A stretch of 64,000 bases of DNA from Actinomycetales bacterium (GTDB lineage: Bacteria > Actinomycetota > Actinomycetes > Mycobacteriales > Micromonosporaceae): the NCBI GenBank assembly GCA_002919305.1, contig PKFB01000015.1:793-64792 (forward strand), given 5' to 3'. The notes below the pieces were generated by a model. The model ran no database searches. It saw nothing but the letters and a program-made list of their open reading frames with translations, and was not told the origin of the DNA. A program made the position numbers and the translations under genes. Positions 12,645 to 21,716 of the stretch are shown here, piece after piece; position 1 is the first letter of the stretch; each line of letters begins with the position of its first letter.

Positions 12645-13565
12645 TCATTTAATGCCGGTGATAAGGACGTTGTAGAAGAACTCCTTAGGCACCAGGTGAC
12701 GGAGCACGCGCGCGTCCACCGCCGAGAGGATCTGCCAGGTGCGGTAGGCGAACATCGCCCAGTTCCACCCCAGCTTTTCACGGGGGACCGCCGCTTCAAA
12801 GGTACGCACCGGCCACCCGAACATCGCCGCGGTCAGCTCCTCGGTCGCCACCTTCACCTCGCGGGCGCCCGCCGCTTTGGCGGTCGCGGCGAGCTCGTCG
12901 GGATCAAAGGTGTGCAGGTCCACCACGGCCTCCAACGCCGCGGCCGCGCTGGACTCGTCCAACTCACGTTGCGGACGCCGCCATCCGGTCAGCCCAGGCA
13001 GTCGCGTCAGGTTCGTGGTGGCCCACCAGGTCAGCTGCCCCAGTCGCCGGGCGTACCAGTCACCGATCCGGGTCGGCTCCCCCGCGAACACGAAACGCCC
13101 GCCGGGTTTGAGGACCCGCAGTACCTCACGGAACGCCGCCTCCACATCCGGGATGTGGTGCAGGACCGCGTGCCCGACCACCAGATCCACCGCGTTGTCC
13201 TCAAACGGGATGCGCTCGGCGTCGGCGACCCGTCCGGAGACCTCCAGACCGAGCACCTCGGCGTTCCGCAGCGCCACCTGAACCATCCCCGGCGAGATAT
13301 CGGTGACGAAGCCGCGCTCTACCACCCCCGCCTGCATCAGGTTGAGCAGGAAGAACCCGGTACCGCACCCCACCTCCAGGGCCGTCGGATATGGCCATCC
13401 CTCACGCCCCGCGATGGTGATGAACCGATCCCGGGCGTAGGAGATGCACCGTTCGTCATAGGAGATCGACCACTTGTCCTCGTAGGTGTCGGCCTCCCAG
13501 TCGTGGTACAGCACATTCGCGCGCTTGGGGTCCTCGCGGGCGGCGTTGACCTCGTCCCAACTCAT
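12645..13565 (-). CDS. Class I SAM-dependent methyltransferase
   Basis: Motif I ALEVGCGTGFF, plus LVVGHAVLHHIPD and LKPGGRFVF. ATGA overlap with the upstream enoyl-CoA hydratase stop. Confidence 0.8.
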   Translation of the reverse strand: MSWDEVNAAREDPKRANVLYHDWEADTYEDKWSISYDERCISYARDRFITIAGREGWPYPTALEVGCGTGFFLLNLMQAGVVERGFVTDISPGMVQVALRNAEVLGLEVSGRVADAERIPFEDNAVDLVVGHAVLHHIPDVEAAFREVLRVLKPGGRFVFAGEPTRIGDWYARRLGQLTWWATTNLTRLPGLTGWRRPQRELDESSAAAALEAVVDLHTFDPDELAATAKAAGAREVKVATEELTAAMFGWPVRTFEAAVPREKLGWNWAMFAYRTWQILSAVDARVLRHLVPKEFFYNVLITGIK

Positions 13566-14428
13566 CCAGTTCCCTCCCGCCGCTGATCCGCGGACTCCGG
13601 CTCTGATGCGCCGGCTCCACCGCGGGCACTCCCGAACCGCGGTTTCTCCTTGTTCATGAAGGCACGCATCCCGATCTGCTTGTCCTCGGTGGCGAACAAC
13701 GCCGCGAACAAGTGACTCTCCAGCGCCAGGCCGTTGGCGAGATCAACCTCCAATCCCTGGTCGATCGCGGCCTTGGCGGCCCGGAGCGCGTGGGCTGGCC
13801 CGTCGACGAACCTACGCGCGTACGCGTGAGCCGTCGTGAACACCTCAGCGGCGGGGACCACCTGATCAACCAGGCCGATAGCCAACGCCTCGTCGGCGGT
13901 GACGGTGCGGCCGGTGAAAATCAAATCCTTGGCGCGGGACGGGCCGATCAGACGCGGCAACCGCTGAGTGCCTCCCGCACCAGGTATCACCCCAAGCTTG
14001 ATCTCCGGTTGCCCCAGCTGGGCATCGGCGGCGCAGATCCGGAAGTCGCAGGCGAGCGCCAGTTCACAGCCGCCCCCCAGGGCGTACCCGGTGATCGCTG
14101 CCACCACCGGCTTAGGCAGCTTCGCGACGGTGTCGAAGGCGCTGGAGAGCGCGCTAGCCCGGGCGGCCATCTCGGCGTACCCCATATTCGCCATCTCTTT
14201 GATGTCGGCGCCGGCCGCGAAGACCTTCTCCCCGCCGTATACCACGACCGCCCGGATATCCTCACGTGCGCCCGCCTCGGTCGCGACCGCCCGCAGCTCC
14301 TCCTGCATCTGAATGTTCAGGGCGTTCATCGGGGGTCTGTCCAACCGGATCACTCCGACCCCGTCGGCGACCTCCAACCGCACGAACTCCCCCACCGGCG
14401 ACCTCCCTGTGGCGTCGGGCTGGGACAT
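13562..14428 (-). CDS. Enoyl-CoA hydratase/isomerase (crotonase family)
   Basis: VIRLDRPPMNALN, VVVYGGEKVFAAGADIKEM, AAITGYALGGGCELALACDFR. Confidence 0.9.
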   Translation of the reverse strand: MSQPDATGRSPVGEFVRLEVADGVGVIRLDRPPMNALNIQMQEELRAVATEAGAREDIRAVVVYGGEKVFAAGADIKEMANMGYAEMAARASALSSAFDTVAKLPKPVVAAITGYALGGGCELALACDFRICAADAQLGQPEIKLGVIPGAGGTQRLPRLIGPSRAKDLIFTGRTVTADEALAIGLVDQVVPAAEVFTTAHAYARRFVDGPAHALRAAKAAIDQGLEVDLANGLALESHLFAALFATEDKQIGMRAFMNKEKPRFGSARGGAGASEPESADQRREGTG

Positions 14429-14569
14429 GTACGCGGAAGCCTACGCGCCGCAGGTTGCGACCGTCCGATACTCCTCCCAACCCGACAACGGAGCGCCTTA
14501 ACCAGGTTGGGGCCAGGAAGGCGTACACACGCCTAGGCTCGGCCGCCGTCTGGGCCGTGTCGTGAGCGC

Positions 14570-14977
14570 TCAGCCTCGGTTGACGACCACCACCTGGTTC
14601 GCCTCACCGGTGGGGACGATCTCATGACCCAACGGGGTCAGCGACACCGGAATCAACTTGAAGTGCGCCACCCCCAAGGGAATGCCGATGATGGTGATGC
14701 ACAGGGAGAGTCCCGAGAGCAGATGTCCCAACGCCAGCCACCACCCGGCGACCAGGATCCAGATAACGTTGCCGATGGCCGAGGCCACACCGGCATCAGG
14801 CTTGGGGGCCAGGGTCCTGCCGAACGGCCACAACGCGTAATTGGCCATTCGGAACGCGGCGATGCCGAACGGGATCGTCACGATCAGCAGGCAGCAGATC
14901 AGTCCCGCAAGCGCATACCCCAGCGCCATGAACAAACCGCCGAATACCAGCCAGAGCACATTCAGGATCAGTCTCAT
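14570..14977 (-). CDS. YccF-domain inner membrane protein
   Basis: 135 aa with duplicated motifs NVLWLVFGGLFMALGY and NVIWILVAGWWLALGH...ITIIGIPLG, typical of YccF. Confidence 0.8.
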   Translation of the reverse strand: MRLILNVLWLVFGGLFMALGYALAGLICCLLIVTIPFGIAAFRMANYALWPFGRTLAPKPDAGVASAIGNVIWILVAGWWLALGHLLSGLSLCITIIGIPLGVAHFKLIPVSLTPLGHEIVPTGEANQVVVVNRG

Positions 14978-15046
14978 GCCTCTAGCCTGACAGCTCCGGT
15001 CATCGGGGAAACTCCGTAGGCGGCTACCCTGACGACGCCTGACACC

Positions 15047-15871
15047 TTACCCCAGACGCGCGGCCAAAGCGACGGTGCGGCGGGCCGCCGCCACCATCGC
15101 ACGGTCGGCGAATCGTCCGTCCGGTAACACCACGGTGCCCGACTGACGCAGTTCAGCCTCCTCCAGCGCCGCCAGCAGCTCCGTAGCGCGCTCCACCTCC
15201 GCGGGGGACGGCCGGAAAGCCTCGACAATCACCGGTAGTTGGCGGGGGTGCAGGGCGGCACGGCCGAGGAAACCTAATCGTCTGCCGAGACGGCAGGATT
15301 CGGCCAGTCCGGCTTCATCGGCCACATTGGGGTACACCGACATAGCCGGCGGCCCCAGCTCCGCCGCCGCAGAGGCCACCACGATGCGGCTCCGGGCCCA
15401 GGCCAACCCCGCGTCATCGGTCACGTTGAGGTCAGCGCGCAGATCGGCTTCTCCCAGCCCGATCCCGGTCACCCAGGGGTGCGCCCGAGCGATCTGATAC
15501 GCCGATTCCACCCCGACCGCCGACTCCAACAGACAGTACAGCTCTGTTGGGGTATCAAGCCGCCTGGCGACCTCCACCACGTCACCGGGTGCCTGGACCT
15601 TCGGCAGACGCAGCCCAGACAACCCGGGCGCCCTCGCCACCGCTTCTAAGTCGGCCAGCAGCTCCGGGCCGGCTAACTCACCGACCCGGACCGTCACCGG
15701 GACCGGATGCGGCTGGGTCAGAAACTCCGCCACCGCACGCCTGGCGTACTCCTTACGGGACGGCGCCACCGCATCCTCTAAGTCCAAAATCACCACATCG
15801 GCGCCGCTGTCCACGGCTTTGACGAACCGATCAGGTCGGTCTCCGGGCACGTATAACCAGGTCAGACGCAT
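15047..15871 (-). CDS. CitE-like CoA-ester lyase (HpcH/HpaI aldolase / citrate lyase beta family)
   Basis: RLTWLYVPGDRPDRFVKAVDSGADVVILDLEDAV is the CitE signature. I prefer ATG 15871, which shares one base with the upstream TGA (TGATG), over the TTG at 15874. Confidence 0.85.
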   Translation of the reverse strand: MRLTWLYVPGDRPDRFVKAVDSGADVVILDLEDAVAPSRKEYARRAVAEFLTQPHPVPVTVRVGELAGPELLADLEAVARAPGLSGLRLPKVQAPGDVVEVARRLDTPTELYCLLESAVGVESAYQIARAHPWVTGIGLGEADLRADLNVTDDAGLAWARSRIVVASAAAELGPPAMSVYPNVADEAGLAESCRLGRRLGFLGRAALHPRQLPVIVEAFRPSPAEVERATELLAALEEAELRQSGTVVLPDGRFADRAMVAAARRTVALAARLG

Positions 15872-17064
15872 CAAATCACTCCCCGCTCACGCAGCGCCCC
15901 GATCTCCGCAGCGGTCAGCCCCGCCTCCGTCAGCACCTCATCGGTGTCGGCTCCGTGTGGTCGCCCCGCGAACCGAATGGCCCCCGGGGTCTCCGACAAC
16001 CGGAAGATGAGGTTCTGCATAGTGATCGGCCCCAGCTCGGAGTCATCCACGGTGATCGCTGTCTGCAGCGCGGTGTACTGCGGATCGGCGAGGATGTCCC
16101 GCACGTCGTACACCGGGGCGACCGCGGCCTCGGCCTTCTCGAAGGCCTCCACCACCTCCTGTCTGGTGTGGCGCCCCACCCACTCGGCGACGGCCGCGTC
16201 CAACTCGTCGGCGTGCGCGGCCCGCCCCCGGCCGGTCGCGAACCACGGCTGCTCGATCAGATCCGGCCGCCCCACCAGCTGCATCACCCGTTCGGCGATG
16301 CTTTGCGCGCTGGTTGACACCGCCACCCATTTGCCATCCGCGGTGCGGTAGGTGTTCCGGGGAGCGTTGTTACTGGAGCGGTTCCCCAGACGGGGCTGCA
16401 CGTAGCCGAGCTGGGTGTACCAGGTCAGGTGCGGCCCCAACAGCGCCATGATGGGCTCAATGATGGCCAGGTCAATCACCTGCCCACGTCCGGTCTGCTG
16501 CCGGGCGGCGAGGGCGACCATGACGGCGTACGCGGTCGCCAACCCGGTGATTCCGTCAGCGAGCCCGAATGGCGGCAAGGTGGGTGGCCCGTCCGGCTCC
16601 CCGGTGTAGGCGGCGAAGCCGCTCATCGCCTCCGCGAGGGTGCCGAAGCCGGGGCGACGCGCGTACGGCCCCGTCTGCCCGAAACCGGTAACCCGGGCCA
16701 GCACCAGCCCCGGGTTGTTCGCGCTCAGGGCCTCATACCCCAATCCCCACCGCTCCAAGGTGCCGGGCCGGAAGTTCTCGATGACCACGTCGGCCTGCTC
16801 CGCCAACCGCCGCAGTACCGCCGCACCTTCCTGAGTGGACAGATCGAGGGTCATCGTGCGCTTGTTGCGCCCCAGGACCTTCCCCCACAGACCCACACCG
16901 TTCTTACTGGGACCGTGCCCTCGGGCGGGATCGGGTTTGCGAGGGTGTTCGATCTTCACCACGTCAGCCCCGAAGTCCCCCAGGAAGGCACCAGCCATCG
17001 GCCCAGCGAACAGAGTCGCCAGCTCCAGTACTCGCAACCCCCGCAATGGAGTTGGCGTGCTCAT
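15871..17064 (-). CDS. Family III (CaiB/BaiF) CoA-transferase
   Basis: LRGLRVLELATLFAGPMAGAFLGDFGADVVKIEHP. Start moved to ATG 17064 (GGGGGAGGA upstream), giving an ATGA overlap with the preceding gene's stop. Confidence 0.85.
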   Translation of the reverse strand: MSTPTPLRGLRVLELATLFAGPMAGAFLGDFGADVVKIEHPRKPDPARGHGPSKNGVGLWGKVLGRNKRTMTLDLSTQEGAAVLRRLAEQADVVIENFRPGTLERWGLGYEALSANNPGLVLARVTGFGQTGPYARRPGFGTLAEAMSGFAAYTGEPDGPPTLPPFGLADGITGLATAYAVMVALAARQQTGRGQVIDLAIIEPIMALLGPHLTWYTQLGYVQPRLGNRSSNNAPRNTYRTADGKWVAVSTSAQSIAERVMQLVGRPDLIEQPWFATGRGRAAHADELDAAVAEWVGRHTRQEVVEAFEKAEAAVAPVYDVRDILADPQYTALQTAITVDDSELGPITMQNLIFRLSETPGAIRFAGRPHGADTDEVLTEAGLTAAEIGALRERGVI

Positions 17065-19142
17065 TCCTCCCCCTTTTCTGTCAAATCGACCGCGCATCGG
17101 AACCCGACCCACGCCGAGCGGGTCAGACCGGCACCGAGCAGCAGCAACTTGGCGCTCACTTGAGGTGGCTGCGGGCCGCCGTCGAAGTACCAGTCGGATC
17201 CCTCGGCCCGCCACGCCGCGCCGCCCTTGAGCATCACGAAGCGGGTACGCCCGTCGCTGTGTTCACTCTCGGTCCAGTTCCACACCAGGGGGTGACGTCG
17301 TTGGATGAGTCCCGCCTCGGCCGCCACCTGCCACTCATCCTCAGTGGGCAGGCGCCAGCCGGCCCAGGCGGCGTACGCGCGGGCGTCCGCCAAATCCACG
17401 TAGGTCACCGGCTCGTCTTCGGTCCCGGGCACCGGACGCTCGTCCACCCAGTGGGCCAGAAACCGGTCGGGGTGGCGCGGGCGATAGCCGGTGGCGGTGA
17501 GGAACTCCAGATATTCGGCGTTACTGACCTCTCGCACCCCGATCCCGACGTTCCCCAGCTCCACGGTGCGGATCAGGGTCTCCATGTGATGGAGGCGGGG
17601 TGGCAAAGGCTTCCATTCATTGACATACGGAGCGCCTCCGTACATCCCGGTCTCCCGGGCGCGGTACCGGACCGTCAACTGTCGCCGGCCCGCCGGTATG
17701 GCCACCATCCCGTCCGGAAGCGTGGAGGCGGGGGCCGCCGGGACTGGGCGTCGGATCGCGATCCGATCCGGGAACGTGGCGTCCGGATCCAGCGCTGTCC
17801 CTGTCAGCGCAGGCGGCGGGGTTCCGGGCGGCACCGCGAGAACCGCGGCGATTCCCCGGGCCGGCAGCCGTCCTCCGATGACGGTGTCGGACTCGGACCG
17901 GCATACCTCCAGCTGAGCTCCGATGGCCAGCTCGTACCAGTCCCAGTCCCGTTCCCGACCTGCCCGTGCTGTCTCCCCGGCCGGGTCCTCCTGCTGTCTC
18001 CCCACCCGCAGCCACGGGCCGGACCATTCCTCATCAGCCCGGTTCACGACCGTCCATAAGGTCGCGTCGGCACGCCGCCATCGGGAGGCGTACACCGGTG
18101 CTTCCGCCCCGGGGTGGTCAGCCAGCGGGGTCCACTCCCCCTCGGTGAAGTGGTCGGTGAAGGCCCGCTGCACCGGCAGCATGGCACGCAGCAGCGAACG
18201 ATCCCGCGCGCTCCAGCCCACCCAGGCGCCGAAAACGACGTCCCATATCAAGATCCCGCAGCCGTTGAGCCACGCCGACTGCAGCTCCGCCGTGTGATCA
18301 CGGTGCCACCGTCGGGTGTGGTGCAGCATGTGCCGCCGCTCGAACCATTTGGCCCGCAGCACCCCGGGAACGTCGGAGTCGGCGAACCATTGCGCCCATG
18401 ACATGGGGTGATCGCAGATTCGAGCCAGCGGCAGCCGGGACTCCGATTCCAAAGCGACGCCAGGGCGTGCCGCATCCAGCACATGCCGCAGCGCCGCGCC
18501 GCCCTCTTTGAGGGTGTCCAGGAAGACACCGTCGGCATCCAGCCAGGCGACCAGCTGCCCCAGAGCGGTGAAGTCGTCGACCGGTTCCCGCTGGGTCCCT
18601 CCATCCCACGGGTTGTAGTCGATGAAGACGCGTACTCCACGCCGCCGCAGGGCCGCGACCAAGTCGGGCAGCCCAGGTACCTGCCGGTAGAAGTCGAATT
18701 GGTTACGGTCGTCCAACCCGATGACGGGGTAAGCGTGCCAGAGCACCACCCCGTCCAGACCCCCATAGTCACGCTCAGCGGCGTCGAGGAACGCGTCCGG
18801 CGTGAACTCCCCCCGCTCATGGTCGTACAGCGCCTCATCCCACAACCAGACCAGCGCGACGGCGTAGCAGGACGGAATCCACGCGAACTCCGCACGCCGG
18901 TACAGGGCGTCGTCGTAGCGCAGTCGACGCCGGGCATCGGCGCGCCACGCGGCCAGCCGGCGCCGCCAGGTCGGCCACTGGGCCGGATCATCAGGGGCCG
19001 CGAAGATTTTCGCCTCATCTAGGCCGCTGAGATCATCCGTCGCCGCATCGACGTCTCGTGCGCCCCCGGAGGTGCTCTCCGGCAGCGGAACCTCGGTCGG
19101 CCGGTCAATCGGCCGCGGAATGTAGGGGTTAAATCTGCTCAC
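17061..19142 (-). CDS. Two-domain protein: N-terminal TIM-barrel glycoside-hydrolase-like region fused to a C-terminal FGE-sulfatase (SUMF1) domain
   Basis: 693 aa. N-terminal part: GVRVFIDYNPWD, DADGVFLDTLKEG. C-terminal part: WRLPTEDEWQVAAEAG, LVWNWTE, LKGGAAW, VGFRCAV. GTG start overlaps the kinase stop (GTGA). Confidence 0.7.
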   Translation of the reverse strand: MSRFNPYIPRPIDRPTEVPLPESTSGGARDVDAATDDLSGLDEAKIFAAPDDPAQWPTWRRRLAAWRADARRRLRYDDALYRRAEFAWIPSCYAVALVWLWDEALYDHERGEFTPDAFLDAAERDYGGLDGVVLWHAYPVIGLDDRNQFDFYRQVPGLPDLVAALRRRGVRVFIDYNPWDGGTQREPVDDFTALGQLVAWLDADGVFLDTLKEGGAALRHVLDAARPGVALESESRLPLARICDHPMSWAQWFADSDVPGVLRAKWFERRHMLHHTRRWHRDHTAELQSAWLNGCGILIWDVVFGAWVGWSARDRSLLRAMLPVQRAFTDHFTEGEWTPLADHPGAEAPVYASRWRRADATLWTVVNRADEEWSGPWLRVGRQQEDPAGETARAGRERDWDWYELAIGAQLEVCRSESDTVIGGRLPARGIAAVLAVPPGTPPPALTGTALDPDATFPDRIAIRRPVPAAPASTLPDGMVAIPAGRRQLTVRYRARETGMYGGAPYVNEWKPLPPRLHHMETLIRTVELGNVGIGVREVSNAEYLEFLTATGYRPRHPDRFLAHWVDERPVPGTEDEPVTYVDLADARAYAAWAGWRLPTEDEWQVAAEAGLIQRRHPLVWNWTESEHSDGRTRFVMLKGGAAWRAEGSDWYFDGGPQPPQVSAKLLLLGAGLTRSAWVGFRCAVDLTEKGEE

Positions 19143-20170
19143 AATGTGTCACTCCTGGCCGAAACCTCTCGACGCTGATGAGTGGGGAGGTATGTGGCGG
19201 CGTACAGCTGATCAATGTCGGCGCGGGTAGGCAGGGCGGTGCTGGCGCCGAGACGCTGCGCGCAGCAGGCGCCGGCGGCGCAGGCCCACCGCACCGCGTC
19301 GCGTAGCTCGCGTCCTTCCGCCCACGCCACCGCCAACGCGCCGGTGAAGGCGTCACCGGCCGCCGTGGTATCGACGGGGGTGATACGCGGCGCCGGCACC
19401 CGACAGGCCGCGGTGTCACGCGCCGCGTACACCGCGCCCGCCGCGCCTAAGGTCAGAGCGACTCGGGGCACCTTCGCCAGCAGCGTGTCAAGCAGACCGC
19501 GCACCCGCGTCGGCACCGCCTCCGCTCCGTCCGCGTCTGAACCTGCTCCGTCTGAACCCGCTCCGTCCTGTCCGGCCGCCCCGTGGGCCAGGATCGCCGC
19601 CTCCCCCTCGTTGACCACCAGCAGGTCGACCAGTTCAAGCAGGGCGTCGTTCAACGGACGGGCCGGCGCCGCGTTGAGGATCACCCGGGTCCCACCCTCC
19701 CGGGCCGCCGCCAACGCGCTGTGGACGCCGCTGACCGGGATCTCCAACTGACACAGCAGCACATCGGCGGCGGCGATGGCCGTCCGGTCCGGCTCCGTTA
19801 ACCGTTCCAGAGTGGCGTTCGCACCGGCCGCGACCAGAATGCTGTTCTCGCCACCATCATCGACCATGATCAACGCGACGCCTGAGGGACCGGCCGCCGT
19901 CCGCAGCTGTGTGATGTCCACGCCGGCCTGTTGAAGCGTGAGGCGCAGTTCAGGACCGAAGCTGTCCTCACCTACGGCACCGATGAAGGACGTAGCGGCG
20001 CCCGCCCGCGCCGCAGCCACCGCCTGATTGGCGCCTTTTCCTCCGGGTACGGTGGTGAAGTCGCGGCCCAGCACCGTCTCCCCGGGTCGCGGCAGCCGCG
20101 CCGCCCGCGCCACCAGGTCCATGTTGACGCTGCCGACGACCACGACCCGGGCTTGGCTCACGCGCTGCAT
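19139..20170 (-). CDS. PfkB-family carbohydrate kinase, ribokinase-like
   Basis: VVVVGSVNMDLV...GETVLGRDFTTVPGGKGANQAVAAA and the C-terminal DTTAAGDAFTGAL. Start moved to ATG 20170 (MQRVSQARVVVVGS). Confidence 0.85.
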   Translation of the reverse strand: MQRVSQARVVVVGSVNMDLVARAARLPRPGETVLGRDFTTVPGGKGANQAVAAARAGAATSFIGAVGEDSFGPELRLTLQQAGVDITQLRTAAGPSGVALIMVDDGGENSILVAAGANATLERLTEPDRTAIAAADVLLCQLEIPVSGVHSALAAAREGGTRVILNAAPARPLNDALLELVDLLVVNEGEAAILAHGAAGQDGAGSDGAGSDADGAEAVPTRVRGLLDTLLAKVPRVALTLGAAGAVYAARDTAACRVPAPRITPVDTTAAGDAFTGALAVAWAEGRELRDAVRWACAAGACCAQRLGASTALPTRADIDQLYAATYLPTHQRREVSARSDTL

Positions 20171-20360
20171 ACAGCTCTCCCTTCCGCACTCCCAGCCCAG
20201 TTCCCCCTGAGCCTTGGGCGGCGACGGCCGTGGAGCCTTCCCATCTCCCCACGGCCCGCCCGGCCACCCACCCGACGACCATCTCCTCGTCACCGGCCGA
20301 CTCCCCGCAGGCACCGCCCCTGACCGGAGCCGCTCCGGTTTGATCACCAAGCCGACATCG

Positions 20361-21716
20361 TCAGGATCCGACCAGCGCCACGGTTCGGGCGGCCAGAGCG
20401 TCAAAGCCGATGCCGTCGAATCCGACGAGGCTGGTGTGCAACCGGTTGGCCAACGGGGCGGTCCACTCCGTCGGGAGCGCCTGCGCCCCGACCAGCCCGC
20501 CCACCACGGAGCCCACCGTCGCTCCGTTGGAGTCGGTGTCCCAGCCGCCGGAGACCACCGCGCAGATGGACCTGACCGGATCCCCCTGGCCCCACGCCAA
20601 GGCGGCGGTCACCAGGGCCGCGTTGTTGATCACGTGCACCCAGTGCAGGTCCCCGTAGCGTTCATAGAGCGCATCCACCACGGCTTCGAAGTCCGTGGCA
20701 CCCACCGCCGCCCGACGCGCGAACCGCACCGCCGACGCCAGTCGACTGTCAGGCGGCAGCAGCGCCGCGGCCGCGTCCAGCACGCTGTCCACATCGGAGG
20801 CCACCAGGGCTGCTGAGGCCAGCCCGGCGGCGTACATGGCTCCGTAGATGCCGTTACGTACATGGCTGATCCGGGCGTCCCGCCACGCCAGCTCCGCCGC
20901 CGCGGCGGGGTTACCGGGGTTGACCCACCCGTAGACATCGGTGCGGATCTGCGCCCCGATCCATTCCCGGAACGGGTTGCGGGTGGTGGCGGTGGCCGGT
21001 GGCGTCAGCCCCAGCAGCAGATTCCGGTACGCCACACGTTCAGCGGTGAAAACCCGACCGCCGGGCAGCCACTCCAGCCAACAGGTGGCGACGTCCTCAC
21101 TGGTGAAATCCCGTCCCCGGGTCTCCAGCAGCCGCAGCGCCAGCAGCGCGAAGTTGAGGTCGTCGTCCTCGGGCATGCCGTTGATGTTTTCGGCCAGGCT
21201 GGTCGCGCGGCTGCGCCGGTTCCACGGCCACCGGGCCGCCACCTCAGGAGGCAGCCCGACCTCGGTGAAGTATCCCGACAGGGGCCAACGCCCCGTCGCC
21301 TCCAGGATTTCGCGGATCCCCTCCCGAGGGATCTTCTCCACCGGTTTGCCGAGCAGGCAGCCGACCGCCCGCCACAGCCAAGCCCCGTGGATCCTGTCAG
21401 CCAGATCCGGCCCCGGCCCAGGCAGCCCGACATCAGCCGGCCATCCCGCGCACAGCGCCTCAAGATCATCGGGTTCCCGATCGGACCCTGGGGTCGGTAG
21501 GGCGTCCAACTCGTCCAGCAACTCGGCGGCGAGGGTACGCAGGTGCGCGGGCGCGGGATCGACCGAGGCGCCGCCGACGGGTGGGTGAACGGAGCCACCC
21601 GCCGCCCGCCACCGGGCCTCGATCCGGTCAACGGCGTCCACGGAGCGCCCTACCTGACGGCTGGTGACCAGCTCGTGCCGGAGCAAATCCTCCGGCTGTA
21701 CCCAGGTCAGTCTCAT
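20361..21716 (-). CDS. ADP-ribosylglycohydrolase-family protein with an N-terminal extension of about 105 aa and a degenerate first metal motif
   Basis: C-terminal GGWDTDSNGATVGSVVG motif. The N-terminal motif reads AVGCLLGKPVE rather than GDALG. Start at ATG 21716 (MRLTWVQPEDL, GGAGG upstream) overlaps the upstream stop (ATGA). Confidence 0.75.
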   Translation of the reverse strand: MRLTWVQPEDLLRHELVTSRQVGRSVDAVDRIEARWRAAGGSVHPPVGGASVDPAPAHLRTLAAELLDELDALPTPGSDREPDDLEALCAGWPADVGLPGPGPDLADRIHGAWLWRAVGCLLGKPVEKIPREGIREILEATGRWPLSGYFTEVGLPPEVAARWPWNRRSRATSLAENINGMPEDDDLNFALLALRLLETRGRDFTSEDVATCWLEWLPGGRVFTAERVAYRNLLLGLTPPATATTRNPFREWIGAQIRTDVYGWVNPGNPAAAAELAWRDARISHVRNGIYGAMYAAGLASAALVASDVDSVLDAAAALLPPDSRLASAVRFARRAAVGATDFEAVVDALYERYGDLHWVHVINNAALVTAALAWGQGDPVRSICAVVSGGWDTDSNGATVGSVVGGLVGAQALPTEWTAPLANRLHTSLVGFDGIGFDALAARTVALVGS

